Of a DNA stretch of 64,000 nucleotides, positions 1-10,461 are shown piece after piece. The position numbers and the translations under genes are program-made. The notes below the pieces were generated by a model. It ran no database searches. It saw only the letters and a list, made by a program, of their open reading frames with translations, and was not told the origin of the DNA. The stretch spans positions 1 to 64,000 of the forward strand of contig CAVPSJ010000007.1 in the NCBI GenBank assembly GCA_963708295.1. The letters run 5' to 3'. The first letter of the stretch is position 1. Every line of letters begins with the position of its first letter. The DNA is from an uncultured delta proteobacterium. Its GTDB lineage: Bacteria > Desulfobacterota > BSN033 > UBA1163.

Positions 1-291
1 AGATATAATAAATATTCTTTAACTTATAGTTAGTTACATGATTTATTCGCGTGAAGAAATACAATCGATGACTCATGCGACCTTTTTGTGAAGGAAAAAA
101 GTTTCTCAAAAAGGAAAAAATGATTCCTAAGAAATTCATTGACAAAGTCTCTTCTGTGTAGTAAAAACAGCGACGGGTGACAGTTCGAACAGATGCTTCG
201 ACTCATGGCCGGTTCTGAACGGGGAGGCCCGTGAGATTTTTTCGATCCGAAGGGGTTTCTTTCCTTTTCTCGACAACCGGGGGGGTCGCGG

Positions 292-1993
292 ATGCTTAGT
301 AACCCGTCTCGCGCCTTGAAGAGCCAAGCGGAACGTCTGATCGCCGCTGGACGCGTGGTGTTGTCAGTATTTTCCCTGCTCGCGATCTTGCTGGACCCGT
401 CCGGACCCGGCAAGTATGCCAATTTGGCGTTCGCCCTGTTGGCCGGTTATGTGGTCTATGCTACGCTCCTGGCTTTCCTGGTGTGGAGATTACCAAAACT
501 CCCGGGCCGCCTCCCCATTATTACCCATGTCTTCGATCTCATCGTGTTCTCCCTCCTCCTGTATTTCAGCGAACGCCCTGCCAATCCGTCTTTTGCCTGT
601 TTTGTATTCTCCATTATGGGCGCCACCCTGCGCTGGCAGTGGCGGGGGACGTTGTGGACCGCGGTTGCAGCCCTCGTGGCCTCCATTGGCCTGGGGGTAC
701 TCGCTATGCAGTTTCGGCATGACCCGGCCTTCGAACTGTATCGCTTCATCCTCCGGAGCATTTATCTGACCGTGGTCGCTATTCTGGTGGGTTACTTAGG
801 GATCTACCAGGAGCGGCGGCGCAGCGAAATCTCCATGCTGGCGGCCTGGCCCCGGGATCTCCCGCTTGAAGCCTCCGCCCTGGTGCGTGGCGTGTTGAAG
901 CAGGCTTGCGGTATCCTCCGCGCCCGGCGCATACTCATGGCCTGGGATGAAAAGGAAGAACCCTGGGTCCACCTGGCGTTATGGTCCTCCGGCGAGTTCA
1001 ACTGGACACGCGAGCCTCCCACCCGGTTCCAGCCGCTGGTGGCGGAGCCGCTGTCCGGCAGCGACTTTTTCTGCCAGGATCTCTGTACTCCAAGTCCCAC
1101 GGTGCTTCTTACATCCCCTGCCGGCTTGCAAACCTGGCAGGGTTCGCCGCTGCACTCTGATCTGCAGCAGCGGTTTGCCATTAAGAGTGTCCTTTCCTTG
1201 AAGCTCCGTGGGGAAAGCCTGGAAGGATACCTCTTTTTTCTGGACAAGCGGGGTCTGACCTCTGATGATCTGCTCCTGGGCCAGGTTGTCGCTCGGGAGG
1301 TCTTAGCCCGCCTGGACCTCTTCTACCTTATTCAGCGACTTAAGCAGATGGCAGCCGCCGAAGCGCGTCTTCGCGTCTCCTACGACCTGCATGACGGCCT
1401 GCTTCAATCCCTGGCTGTAGCCACGATGAAATTGGACACGGTCTGCCGCCTGCTGGACGAGGATCCATCGAAGGCCAAGGAGCCCTTGCTGGAAATCGAT
1501 CGTTTGCTCTGCGATGAGCAAGACGGCCTGCGCTCCTTCATCCGGGAGCTGAAATCTCTCTCAGGCGGCGTGGACCAGGGGGAAGCCAGCCTGATCATCC
1601 GCCTGAAGGGTTTGGTCAAACAGGTCGAGAGACAATGGGGTCTGCACGTGCACCTTACCATGGCGGGCCTTGACTCAGGGGTGCCTAAGACCCTGCCGCA
1701 GGATATTTACTACCTTGTCCGTGAAACCCTGCTCAATGCCGCGCGGCACGCCGGCGCCTCGTCGGTAGGCGTGGAACTACGCGTGGAGGACCATGAGATT
1801 CGGATTACTGTGGCCGATAACGGCCGGGGCTTCTCGTTCCGCGGCCACTATGATCACTCCACGTTGATGGAGAGAAAACTCGGGCCAGTGACTCTGAAGG
1901 GACGGATTGAGTCCCTCGGAGGGACTCTGGCCATTGACTCGAGCGAGGCCGGGGCGAGGCTGGAGATTATCGCTCCCTTGCTCCGGAGCCTGA
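292..1993 (+). CDS. Membrane sensor histidine kinase (HisKA_3/NarX-DegS type)
   Basis: About 6 N-terminal TM segments; H-box 'VSYDLHDGLLQ', N-box 'ETLLNAARHA', G1 'DNGRGF', G2 'LGGTL'. The ORF track runs to 2265 only because of a probable indel; TGA 1991-1993 directly precedes the regulator ATG at 1995. Confidence 0.85.
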
Positions 1994-1994
1994 G

Positions 1995-2635
1995 ATGCCG
2001 ATCACGCTGGTCCTGGCCGATGATCATCCTATCTTCCTCGACGGCCTGGAGGACATCTTTCGCCGGGAGCCGGACTTCCAGGTCCTGGCGCGCTGTCTGG
2101 AAGGTCGAGGCAGCGCTGCGGGCGGTGCGTCAACTGAAGCCGGATGTCTTGATCCTCGATCTCCGCATGCCCAAAATGGATGGCCTCGGCAGTCCTCCGG
2201 GAGATGCAAAAAGAGAAGCTCTCGACACGGGTGGTTGTCCTGACGGCGGCGCTGGACGAAGATGAGGTGCTCGAGGCCATCCGCCTGGGTGTGTACGGCG
2301 TAGTGCTCAAGGAGATGGCACCGCGACTTCTGGTTCAATGTGTCCGCAAGGTGCATGCCGGCGAGCAATGGCTGGAGAAACGTTCCGTCAGCCTCGCCCT
2401 GGAAAGATTGCTCAAGCGTGAGGCCGCCACCCGCCAGATCGCCGGGCTCCTGACGCCACGGGAGATCGAGATTGTGCGCATGGTGGCCGACGGCCTGCGG
2501 AACAAGGAGATCGCCGACCGCTTGTATATTAGTGAAGGCACCGTCAAGGTTCACCTCCACAATATCTACGAAAAACTCAAGGTGAATAGCCGCCTGCAAC
2601 TGGCCCGCTACGCCCGGGACGAAGGGCTGGTCTGA
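1995..2635 (+). CDS. NarL/FixJ family response regulator (REC + LuxR HTH), two frameshifts in this sequence
   Basis: Pieces in three frames: 'LADDHPIFLDG' (1995 ORF), 'PDVLILDLRMPKMDGL' (292 ORF tail), 'LTPREIEIVRMVADGLRNKEIA..SEGTVKVHLHNIYEKL' (2180 ORF). Confidence 0.88.
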
Positions 2636-2911
2636 ATTCCCCGTCTCCTCTCTCACGTCACTTCTTAAAGTATTTACCTTTATATTTTTCCTCACCACAC
2701 TGTTCCGGGCGCTTCGATTCAAATGGCTGCTTTATGCATTACCGGTCAGCGGAATTGGAAATTGGGGAACATTGAAGGCAGGATGGGTGGCCGGATTTCT
2801 GATGGTTGGGCTCTCCAAAGAGAAAGCAATCGCTACAGGGCTTCGGAATTCATATCATTATTTTCGTCACCTGCGCAATCATCAGCTTCTTCTGCTGGCA
2901 CACTTTTAAAA

Positions 2912-2966
2912 AACAAAAAAACCCTTCTCCGACCGCTCGTTAGAAGTCTGGTGGGAGAAGGGTTTT
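2912..2966 (-). terminator. Intrinsic terminator after the PxxKW gene (possibly bidirectional)
   Basis: Inverted repeat AAAACCCTTCTCC...GGAGAAGGGTTTT; long T-tract follows on the minus strand. Confidence 0.7.
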
Positions 2967-2998
2967 CGCTCAGGATCACCGAAATTAAAGGGTTTTCA

Positions 2999-3286
2999 TT
3001 AAGCCTTTTGGCTCACGTTTCGCTTGGAGGCCTTCAAAGGATTCAATTTGAAAGAATCCTCCTTGACTTCCTTCTTGACGTGAGTGGCGAAATTGCAGGG
3101 TCCTTTTGCCCACTTCACAGAGGGCTCACAATAGGTTTTGCAATAGGAACCTACTTCATAAGTGGCCACTCGGTCACATCCTTTGCAGGATTCCACGATG
3201 GGATAACATCTCCCACCGTTGTAGGAACAGCCGCTCTTCTTCATGAAGATACATTCTGCTCCCACTTTGACAGTTTGACAAACCAT
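2999..3286 (-). CDS. PxxKW family cysteine-rich small protein
   Basis: 'CQTVK.G.EC.FM...GC.YNGG.C..IVE.C.GC....C..Y..PSVKW..G.CNFATH....LNPLKASKR'; strong SD AAGGGAGG upstream. Confidence 0.85.
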   Translation of the reverse strand: MVCQTVKVGAECIFMKKSGCSYNGGRCYPIVESCKGCDRVATYEVGSYCKTYCEPSVKWAKGPCNFATHVKKEVKEDSFKLNPLKASKRNVSQKA

Positions 3287-3369
3287 GGCGATCTACCTCC
3301 CTTTCAATGAATTTATTTTCTTCCAACTTACCTAAAATAATTGAAGTTTGCTCTTTCGAAAAAGAGCAC

Positions 3370-3400
3370 AAAAAAAAGAGCTACCGGCTTCCGGTAACTC
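3370..3400 (-). terminator. Intrinsic terminator inside the 5' leader of the PxxKW gene
   Basis: Minus strand GAGTTACCGG-AAG-CCGGTAGCTC-TTTTTTT. Confidence 0.7.
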
Positions 3401-3517
3401 GATTTGGTCTCCTAAATAACGAGATACCGTGAAATAATTAGATAATTTGCCTCCGCTGTATAGCTAAGTTGTATAAAATAAAAAGCCTCCCCTACCTTAT
3501 CCGAAATCTATCTTAAT

Positions 3518-3546
3518 AATTTAAAACATCCGGAATTATTTGTCAA
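3518..3546 (-). promoter_or_regulatory. sigma70-type promoter
   Basis: Minus strand TTGACA-N17-TAAATT with an A-rich UP-like region upstream. Confidence 0.6.
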
Positions 3547-3674
3547 GGTTTTTTTAGATTTTTTTAGATTTTTTTTAGGAAAAAATCTTGACAGGTTTTG
3601 GAAACTTGGTTATTCGTCAATTGGTAGCCGATGAGACCCGGTCTCTCAAAGAAAATTAGAAAATTCAGGTTCCT

Positions 3675-5120
3675 ATGCTCCTTCACCGTTCATCTCTTGC
3701 TCATGAACTGACCGCAACCATTGCCTTTCTCCTTTTCATTCTTTTTGGACTTGGTCCCCGGGCCCTCAGCGCCTCACCGCGACTTCCCAACGTCACCCCG
3801 GAGATGGAGAAGCCTGGATTTTGGATTAAGAAGATTGAAAATCCAACGAGTCCGTTATTGACTCTTGAGAAGATTCAAAAGATGAACGAAGAAAATCTGA
3901 AAATAAAGGACCTTGGTCTTTTCAGAATAAGGAACCTTAAAGAAGCCTGGTCAAGGCAGGAAATTCTCTCTTTCCTGAAAGAGGATTGGGAGAACTTCGG
4001 AAGAAGCGAAGAAGTTCGATATGGCAAAAGCGGAGCCCCTCTCCGAGACTTTTTCTGGGATAAATTAAAAAACGACCTTCACCAGGAGCTGATCCAAGAA
4101 ACGAGCCGGATGCTTTTTGCTCTCGTCGTCAAACGGGCAGATATCCGTGTCTTCCCCACAGATGAACCTTCCATGAGTGCCCCGAACCAACAAGAGTTCG
4201 ACCTTTTTCAACAATCCTCCATCTCTCCGGGGTCTCCGGTCGGAATCTATACCTTCAATCAAGATAAAAAGTGGGCTTATATCCAGACCCAATTTATCCG
4301 CGGATGGATACACACACACGATCTGGCGATCGCTAAGGAGAAATCTGGGATAGCGGATTATGCAGAACCAAAAGACCGGTTGGTGGTGACAGGAAATGTT
4401 GTGACAGTCTTCGGTGATCCCTCTCTTCGACAGCCGGTTTTTACTGCCCAGATGGGGGATTCCTTCCCTCTCCTCAGCGTCCCCGGCGGGAGGAAAGGAC
4501 CCCACTCATTCTACGTCATCCAAATCGGCGCAAGAGAAGACAACGGACCATTGATCCTTCGTAAAGGATACCTCCGCGCGAGCGAGGATGTACACCGGGG
4601 TTTTCTTCCGTACACTCAGGAAAATGTTGCCCGTCAGGCGTTTAAGATGCTCCACCACCCCTATGGTTGGGGAGACAGGCTCGGCGGCAGGGATTGCTCC
4701 CGTTTCATCATGGACCTCTTCAGGACCTTCGGCATTCTGATGCCCCGAAATTCAAAAGAACAGGCATTGGTTGGAATGGATCTGGGTTCGGTAGAGGAAA
4801 AGGACGTCCAAGAAAAAAGAAAGATCTTGGATCAATCCATCCCCCTGGCGACCACGCTCCGGCTACCCGGTCACATCATGCTCTATCTCGGCAAGGATCA
4901 AGGGAAGCACTATGTCATCCATAGTATCTGGGGCGTCCAGAAGTCAGGAAAGGGAGGGTCGACACTGCAAAAAATTGGAAAGGTCGTCGTTACTGATCTC
5001 AGCTTAGGAGAAAAAGGGCCCAACCGATCGTTACTGGAGCGAATTACCCGTATCCGAATCATCGGGCCAAATCCCGAAATTCATAAAAAGCAAACTCCTA
5101 AGACATCCGAAGATAGATGA
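3675..5120 (+). CDS. SH3 + NlpC/P60 cell-wall peptidase (YkfC-like)
   Basis: Signal-peptide-like N-terminus; 'PYGWGD..GGRDCS', 'LPGHIMLYLG', 'YVIHS' catalytic Cys-His-His. Confidence 0.85.
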   Translation: MLLHRSSLAHELTATIAFLLFILFGLGPRALSASPRLPNVTPEMEKPGFWIKKIENPTSPLLTLEKIQKMNEENLKIKDLGLFRIRNLKEAWSRQEILSFLKEDWENFGRSEEVRYGKSGAPLRDFFWDKLKNDLHQELIQETSRMLFALVVKRADIRVFPTDEPSMSAPNQQEFDLFQQSSISPGSPVGIYTFNQDKKWAYIQTQFIRGWIHTHDLAIAKEKSGIADYAEPKDRLVVTGNVVTVFGDPSLRQPVFTAQMGDSFPLLSVPGGRKGPHSFYVIQIGAREDNGPLILRKGYLRASEDVHRGFLPYTQENVARQAFKMLHHPYGWGDRLGGRDCSRFIMDLFRTFGILMPRNSKEQALVGMDLGSVEEKDVQEKRKILDQSIPLATTLRLPGHIMLYLGKDQGKHYVIHSIWGVQKSGKGGSTLQKIGKVVVTDLSLGEKGPNRSLLERITRIRIIGPNPEIHKKQTPKTSEDR

Positions 5121-5191
5121 TCGAATTGACAGAGTGATCTATTTGCCGTAAAAAAGGCGAGGCGTCTGAAAGATTGCGACCACATTTTTTA

Positions 5192-5460
5192 TTAAGATCG
5201 CACCTGAAAACCCCGTCCTGTGGATGGGGATGAAAGGTGCGTCTGCTGAAAGCAGAAAAAATAAATCAGATGACTTTAAAACCTAATTTCTAAAGCCCAA
5301 AACCGAGATCGAGAAATCGATAGATCCTGAATCAAGTTCAGGACCTGGTTCGGGATGACAAAAAGATCAGAACCGAACCGTCATGTCATGCTTCTTCTGA
5401 ACCTTGGACTGATGAAAATCAGGCTTGTTTCAGCCCCGCCCTGTGGGCGGGGTTCTTTAC
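5192..5460 (+). mobile_element. Non-autonomous IS200/IS605-like palindromic element (MITE/PATE-like) with an internal REP-like hairpin
   Basis: Left hairpin CCCCGTCCTGTGGATGGGG, right hairpin GCCCCGCCCTGTGGGCGGGG ending TTAC; internal ATCCTGAATCAAGTTCAGGA. The right end recurs inverted at 24058. Confidence 0.5.
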
Positions 5461-5498
5461 TTGAGGCAGTTCGGGATCGTCCTTGGATTGAAGCTTAA

Positions 5499-6515
5499 AT
5501 GGTGGAAAAACGAAACAAGGTGTTTGTGACTGGAGGGACCGGCTTTATTGGACCAAAACTGGTAGCCGAACTGGTCCGGAAAGGGCACATCGTTCATGTC
5601 TTGATGCGGCCGACCAGTAATACCGAGGGACTGGAGCATGAAAAAATTCACCTTTTTACAGGCGACCTGATAAATAGCGAATCCATCAGAAAAGCGATGG
5701 AGGGGTGCACCCAAGTCTATCATCTGGCTGCCTATGCAAAGAACTGGGCCAAAGATCCGAAAACTTTCTACCAAAGCAACGTAGAAGGACTCTGTAATGT
5801 CTGGGAAATGGCGAAGGTCTTGGGCATGGAACGAGTGGTGTTTACTTCCTCCATTGTGACTTGTGGACCTACAGAGCCTGGGGTGGTGGGGAATGAGGAA
5901 AGACAATGTTCCATGCCAAACTGTTTCACGGACTATCAGGCAACCAAGATCATGGGTGAACAACACGCCTGCCGATATGCGGATCAAGGGCTCTCTCTAA
6001 TCACCGTTACTCCGACACGCGTTTATGGCCCAGGAAAAATGAATGAGGGAAACTCTGTCACGAGGATGATCGATCTCTATGACCGGGGTAAATTTCCTTT
6101 TCTCATCAATCACGGGATCAATGTTGGAAATTACGTCTTTGTGGATAATGTCGTCCAGGGGCTCATCCTCGCAATGGAAAAGGGCAACGTGGGTGAACGC
6201 TATATTCTCGGCGGAGAAAACATTCCTCTCAGACAACTTTTCGAACTGATTGATGAATTAAGCGGAGGGAAACATTTCCAAATCAACATCCCCACGTGGT
6301 TCGCCATGCTTTACTCCCGACTGGAACAGAAAAAAGCGGGGTGGTTTAGCCTCTATCCCCTCATTACGCCTGGCTGGGTAGAAACTTTTATCCATGACTG
6401 GGCCTATTCAAGTGCAAAAGCTGAGAAACAACTGGGTTACAAAATCACTCCACTCAGGGAGGGGATACGAACCACCCTGGCATGGCTGCATCAACTCAGG
6501 GACAAGGCCGCATGA
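5499..6515 (+). CDS. NAD-dependent epimerase/dehydratase (extended SDR, HpnA/DFR-like)
   Basis: 'VTGGTGFIG', 'HLAA', 'YQATK' YxxxK. Confidence 0.85.
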   Translation: MVEKRNKVFVTGGTGFIGPKLVAELVRKGHIVHVLMRPTSNTEGLEHEKIHLFTGDLINSESIRKAMEGCTQVYHLAAYAKNWAKDPKTFYQSNVEGLCNVWEMAKVLGMERVVFTSSIVTCGPTEPGVVGNEERQCSMPNCFTDYQATKIMGEQHACRYADQGLSLITVTPTRVYGPGKMNEGNSVTRMIDLYDRGKFPFLINHGINVGNYVFVDNVVQGLILAMEKGNVGERYILGGENIPLRQLFELIDELSGGKHFQINIPTWFAMLYSRLEQKKAGWFSLYPLITPGWVETFIHDWAYSSAKAEKQLGYKITPLREGIRTTLAWLHQLRDKAA

Positions 6516-7234
6516 ATCGACTCAAATCTCTCATCTGCCCCGATGGGTTCTTCAGCAGGGAAAATAAGAAATCGACCGTCATCCTGCTGAGCGCACCGAT
6601 TATTCTGACAACCTTTCACTATTTTGGAATGAAAACTTTTTATCTGAATCATCTTGCGCGGACATTTGTTCTCTTTGAAAACAGTGAACTGACTTCCGCC
6701 CTCTATGTATTCTTCTCTTCTTTCATTCTTCTGGGATGGATCCCTGCGCTGATTATAAGATTCGTTTTCCATGAACCTCTATCGGCCTACGGTGTACAAA
6801 TGGGAGACATCCGATTTGGAATAAAATCTTTCTTATTTCTCGCTCCCGTGATGATTGCCCTGAGCTATCTCTCTTCACGAACGGAGCCCTTTCTGCTCGA
6901 ATACCCTCTCTACAAAGGCGCAAGCAGTTCTCTGTGGATGTTCTCTTTCTACTCTCTTTCTTGCCTGATGTTCTATCTGGGATGGGAATTTTTCTTCCGC
7001 GGTTATATGCAGTTTGGATTACAGGAGAACTTTGGAGGCTGGAATGCCATTCTCGTCCAAACGCTTACCTCTTGCCTCTTACATATCGGCAAACCCCCTG
7101 CTGAAATTTACGGCTCTATCCTCGGGGGAGTCGTTTGGGGCATGATGGCATGGGGGGGTCATTCGCTCCTCTTTATTATTTTACTGCATTGGCTCTTGGG
7201 TGTTTCTCTTGATGTCTTTATATCCTATTTTTAA
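6512..7234 (+). CDS. CPBP (CAAX/Abi) intramembrane glutamic metalloprotease
   Basis: Multi-TM; 'WEFFFRGY', 'LLHIGKP..E', 'LLHWLL'; ATGA overlap with the upstream stop. Confidence 0.8.
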   Translation: MNRLKSLICPDGFFSRENKKSTVILLSAPIILTTFHYFGMKTFYLNHLARTFVLFENSELTSALYVFFSSFILLGWIPALIIRFVFHEPLSAYGVQMGDIRFGIKSFLFLAPVMIALSYLSSRTEPFLLEYPLYKGASSSLWMFSFYSLSCLMFYLGWEFFFRGYMQFGLQENFGGWNAILVQTLTSCLLHIGKPPAEIYGSILGGVVWGMMAWGGHSLLFIILLHWLLGVSLDVFISYF

Positions 7235-7302
7235 TAGTAAGACCATAGGATAACCCCGTGACCCTCATTCTATCAAAGGTCCCTTCTTAGGAGCTTCCAT
7301 CG

Positions 7303-7920
7303 ATGAATATTATTCTCTTCTTGAAGGGAGTCGTCGTCGGCTTATCCATGGCAGTTCCTGTGGGTCCGATTGGAATTCTCTGCATACGCCGCACCCTGTT
7401 GGAAGGCCGCCTCTCCGGCTTCGTTTCCGCTCTGGGTCTGGCAACGGCGGATGTGGTCTTTGGATGCATCGCCGGGTTTGGGCTGACTTTCATTTCGGAC
7501 TTTCTGATCAGCCAGCAATTCTGGCTTCGCCTGATCGGCGGCCTATTTCTCTGCGCCATCGGCCTCAAAGTATTATTGACCAAGTTTGTGGAGCGGGAAG
7601 TAGCTTCTCGGGGAAAGGGTTACCTGGGTGCTTATACCTCCATGTTCTTCCTTACGTTGACCTACCCCATGACCGTCCTTATCTTTCTGGGGATTTTCGC
7701 GGGGTTGGGCATAGGAAATGCCAGAGGCAACTACGCCGCTATTGCAGCACTGGTGTTCGGGGTTTTCATCGGTTCCATCCTATGGTGGGCTATCCTGAGC
7801 AGCTTCATAGGTGCGTTGCGTGACAGATTCAGAAATCAGAATTGGCAATGGGTCAATAAAATCTCTGGGATACTCATCACTGGATTTGGCTTGGCGGTAC
7901 TGTTGAGTCTCGTCCTCTGA
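7303..7920 (+). CDS. LysE family translocator
   Basis: 'AVPVGPIGILCIRRTL..G..SG...LGLATAD'; 6 TM. Confidence 0.85.
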   Translation: MNIILFLKGVVVGLSMAVPVGPIGILCIRRTLLEGRLSGFVSALGLATADVVFGCIAGFGLTFISDFLISQQFWLRLIGGLFLCAIGLKVLLTKFVEREVASRGKGYLGAYTSMFFLTLTYPMTVLIFLGIFAGLGIGNARGNYAAIAALVFGVFIGSILWWAILSSFIGALRDRFRNQNWQWVNKISGILITGFGLAVLLSLVL

Positions 7921-8183
7921 CGGTATTTCCCTTCATAAATTTCTCCCCCTCCCCCATTTTTTGCCCGCGACCTTGTGGCAAAGAGAAAATATTTTTTTCT
8001 CAAGACAGAGAGGGCGGGTTGGAGAAGGTTTGGCTGCACAGGTTTCAAGAGAAAAACATGTTTCAAGATCCCGCCCGGGCTCATCCTGTTTGCCCTCAAC
8101 GTGGGCCTTAGGAAGCCTCAGAGGGGATCTACCCCGGTCCGGGGGAAAGATTAAGCCGGGGGAAGGCAAGCTCATGAACCCCC

Positions 8184-8211
8184 TTGACAATTGACTGAAA
8201 ACAGATAGAAT
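8184..8211 (+). promoter_or_regulatory. sigma70-type promoter
   Basis: TTGACA-N16-TAGAAT, 30 nt before the TTG start at 8241. Confidence 0.55.
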
Positions 8212-8240
8212 TTTTAGGACTTAGACGGGAGAAAAGAAAT

Positions 8241-9212
8241 TTGAAAGCTTTGGTAACAGGAGGAACAGGGTTCATCGGAAGCCACCTCGCCGAAGCGCTA
8301 CTTCAGCGGGGCGTCCAGGTCCGCTGCCTCGTGCGAAAAGGGAGTGATTTGAAGTGGCTTAAAGGCCTACCCATCGAGACCATCTCCGGAGACTGCGGTG
8401 ACAGGGCCTCCTTGAGGGAGGCGGTGAAAGAGGTTGATCAGGTATTCCATCTCGCAGGCATCACCAAGGCGGTGAAGGAGAAAACCTACTTCGAGGTGAA
8501 TGCCTTCGGAACAGAGAACTTGATTCACGCCTGCCTTGAGAATAACCGTCGTATCCAAAAGTTTATCTATCTTTCGAGTCAAGCCGCCGCGGGCCCGTGT
8601 CGGAACGGCGATAAAAAGAAGGAGTCCGATGAGTGTCAACCCATATCCGCCTATGGCCAGAGTAAAAGAAGGGGAGAGGAGCTGGCCCTCGCTCATGCTC
8701 ACGAGATCCCCCTCATTATTCTACGGCCAACCGGGGTATATGGTCCAAGAGATAAGGATTTCTATGCCTTATTCAAATGGATCTCCAAAAGGATCAAACC
8801 CAGCTTCAGTGGAAAAGTCAGCCTCTGTTATGTTCAAGATGTCATCCATGCCATTCTACTGGCCTCTGAGTCGCAAACAAGAAGCGGCGAAATATTTTTT
8901 CTTTCCGACGGGACGGATTATCTGATGAAGGAAGTCGGCGATGTCTTTGCCAAGACGATGGGGGTCACCCCCTTCTCTGTTCCTATTTCCAAATGGCTCC
9001 TCTTCAGAATCGCCTCCTTCTCGGAGTATCTGTCCCTCGTCTCTCGGAAGCCCTCGTTCCTCAGCAGAGGGATGGCGGAACAGATGGTTCAGGAGGATTG
9101 GACCTGTGACATCACAAAGGCCAAAACCACGCTGGGCTTCCAACCCCAATTTCAGCTTTTGCAGGGGGCCAGATTAACCTACCAGTGGTACAAGAACCAG
9201 AATTGGCTATAG
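8241..9212 (+). CDS. NAD-dependent epimerase/dehydratase (candidate ceramide reductase CerR-like)
   Basis: 'LVTGGTGFIG', 'SSQAAAGP', 'YGQSK', 'RPTGVYGPRD'; adjacent to a bCerS-like gene. Confidence 0.8.
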   Translation: MKALVTGGTGFIGSHLAEALLQRGVQVRCLVRKGSDLKWLKGLPIETISGDCGDRASLREAVKEVDQVFHLAGITKAVKEKTYFEVNAFGTENLIHACLENNRRIQKFIYLSSQAAAGPCRNGDKKKESDECQPISAYGQSKRRGEELALAHAHEIPLIILRPTGVYGPRDKDFYALFKWISKRIKPSFSGKVSLCYVQDVIHAILLASESQTRSGEIFFLSDGTDYLMKEVGDVFAKTMGVTPFSVPISKWLLFRIASFSEYLSLVSRKPSFLSRGMAEQMVQEDWTCDITKAKTTLGFQPQFQLLQGARLTYQWYKNQNWL

Positions 9213-9318
9213 GAGATCGCCCCATGATCCTTGGAACCCCTCAAAAAATGCTTAAGAACCACCGAACGGACCGGGAGGTTGAGATCATTGAAAAGTCGGA
9301 AAAAAAACGGAGGCCGAT

Positions 9319-10461
9319 ATGATTAATACCGTCGGCACGACAAGGCAAGAACTCCGGATCGAAGAAGCAAAAAATCAGCAAGACCTCATGACTTTCGTCC
9401 GGTTCCCCTGGGAGATTTATAGGGGGGATCGTTACTGGGTCCCTCCTCTCATCAAAGACCAGCTATTGAAATTCAGTCCAACCCATCCCTTCCGCTCTCA
9501 TTCGGAGATGATTCTTTTTCTCGCTTACCGGGGAGGAAAGATTGAGGGAAGAATCGCAGGAATCATCGACCACAATTACATCGAGTTTCACCAGGAGAAA
9601 TTGGGTTTCTTCGGCTTCTTCGAATCCATTCCCGATGCGGAAGTGGCGGGAACTCTCCTTTCAAGGGTTGCCGGTTGGCTGAAAGGAAATGGAATGGAAA
9701 AGATGGCCGGGCCGATGAATCCCTCCACTAACGATGAATGCGGTCTGCTCGTCGAGGGATTCGATGCCTCCCCCTGCCTGATGATGCCTTACAATCCCCG
9801 CGCTTACCCTTCTTTGCTTGAGGGTTTTGGATTGAGGAAGAGGATGGATCTTTATGCTCTTCTCCTGGAAGAATCCACTTTCCATCTCGATCGTCTGGAC
9901 CGTATCACCGAGAGGCTGAAAAAAAGAGAACCTCGGCTTCATGTCCGGCCCATCAATCTCCGTCGCTTTGATGAGGAGCTGAAGATTGTCAAGGAAATCT
10001 ACAACCAGGCCTGGAGTAAGAACTGGGGATTTGTCCCCATGACCGATGAAGAGATTAACCTTGCGGCAAAAGAGCTCAAGCCCCTTGTCGTTTCTGATTT
10101 GATCCTCTTTGCCTACTGGGAAAAAGAACCCGTCGGCTTTTCAGTCTCCCTTCCGGATTATAATGAAGTCCTCAAACACCTGAATGGAAAGATCGGGCTT
10201 CTGGGTGCGATCAAGTTCCTTTACTATTCAAAAAAAATTCACAAGATTCGAGTGATGCTCCTGGGGATCAAACGTGACTTTCAAAAGAAAGGGATCGAGG
10301 GGCTTCTCTACATCGAGACGTTTAAGAGAGGGACGAGAAAGGGTTACCACTGCGCCGAATGCTCATGGATTCTTGAAGAAAACATCCTGATGCAACACGG
10401 GATCGAAGCGATGGGGGGAAAACGCGATAAGACCTACCGGGTTTACGAGGTGCCACTCTAA
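9319..10461 (+). CDS. Double-GNAT acyltransferase of the bacterial ceramide synthase (bCerS) family
   Basis: 'FVRFPWEIY..D.YWVPPL', 'GRIAGIID', 'GFFGFFE', 'GPMNPSTNDECGLLVEGF', 'MPYNP', 'AWSKNWGFVP', 'ECSWILEEN..M' are typical of this family. Confidence 0.7.
   Translation: MINTVGTTRQELRIEEAKNQQDLMTFVRFPWEIYRGDRYWVPPLIKDQLLKFSPTHPFRSHSEMILFLAYRGGKIEGRIAGIIDHNYIEFHQEKLGFFGFFESIPDAEVAGTLLSRVAGWLKGNGMEKMAGPMNPSTNDECGLLVEGFDASPCLMMPYNPRAYPSLLEGFGLRKRMDLYALLLEESTFHLDRLDRITERLKKREPRLHVRPINLRRFDEELKIVKEIYNQAWSKNWGFVPMTDEEINLAAKELKPLVVSDLILFAYWEKEPVGFSVSLPDYNEVLKHLNGKIGLLGAIKFLYYSKKIHKIRVMLLGIKRDFQKKGIEGLLYIETFKRGTRKGYHCAECSWILEENILMQHGIEAMGGKRDKTYRVYEVPL

Noticed and set aside
292-2265. Apparent kinase-receiver hybrid ORF (657 aa)
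   Set aside because: The tail is out-of-frame read-through containing only part of the receiver; indels in a normal two-gene pair explain it.
3370-3510. c-di-GMP-I riboswitch in the PxxKW leader
   Set aside because: GGCAAA is present, but the GAAA tetraloop/receptor and GCAAAGC..CTAA elements are missing.
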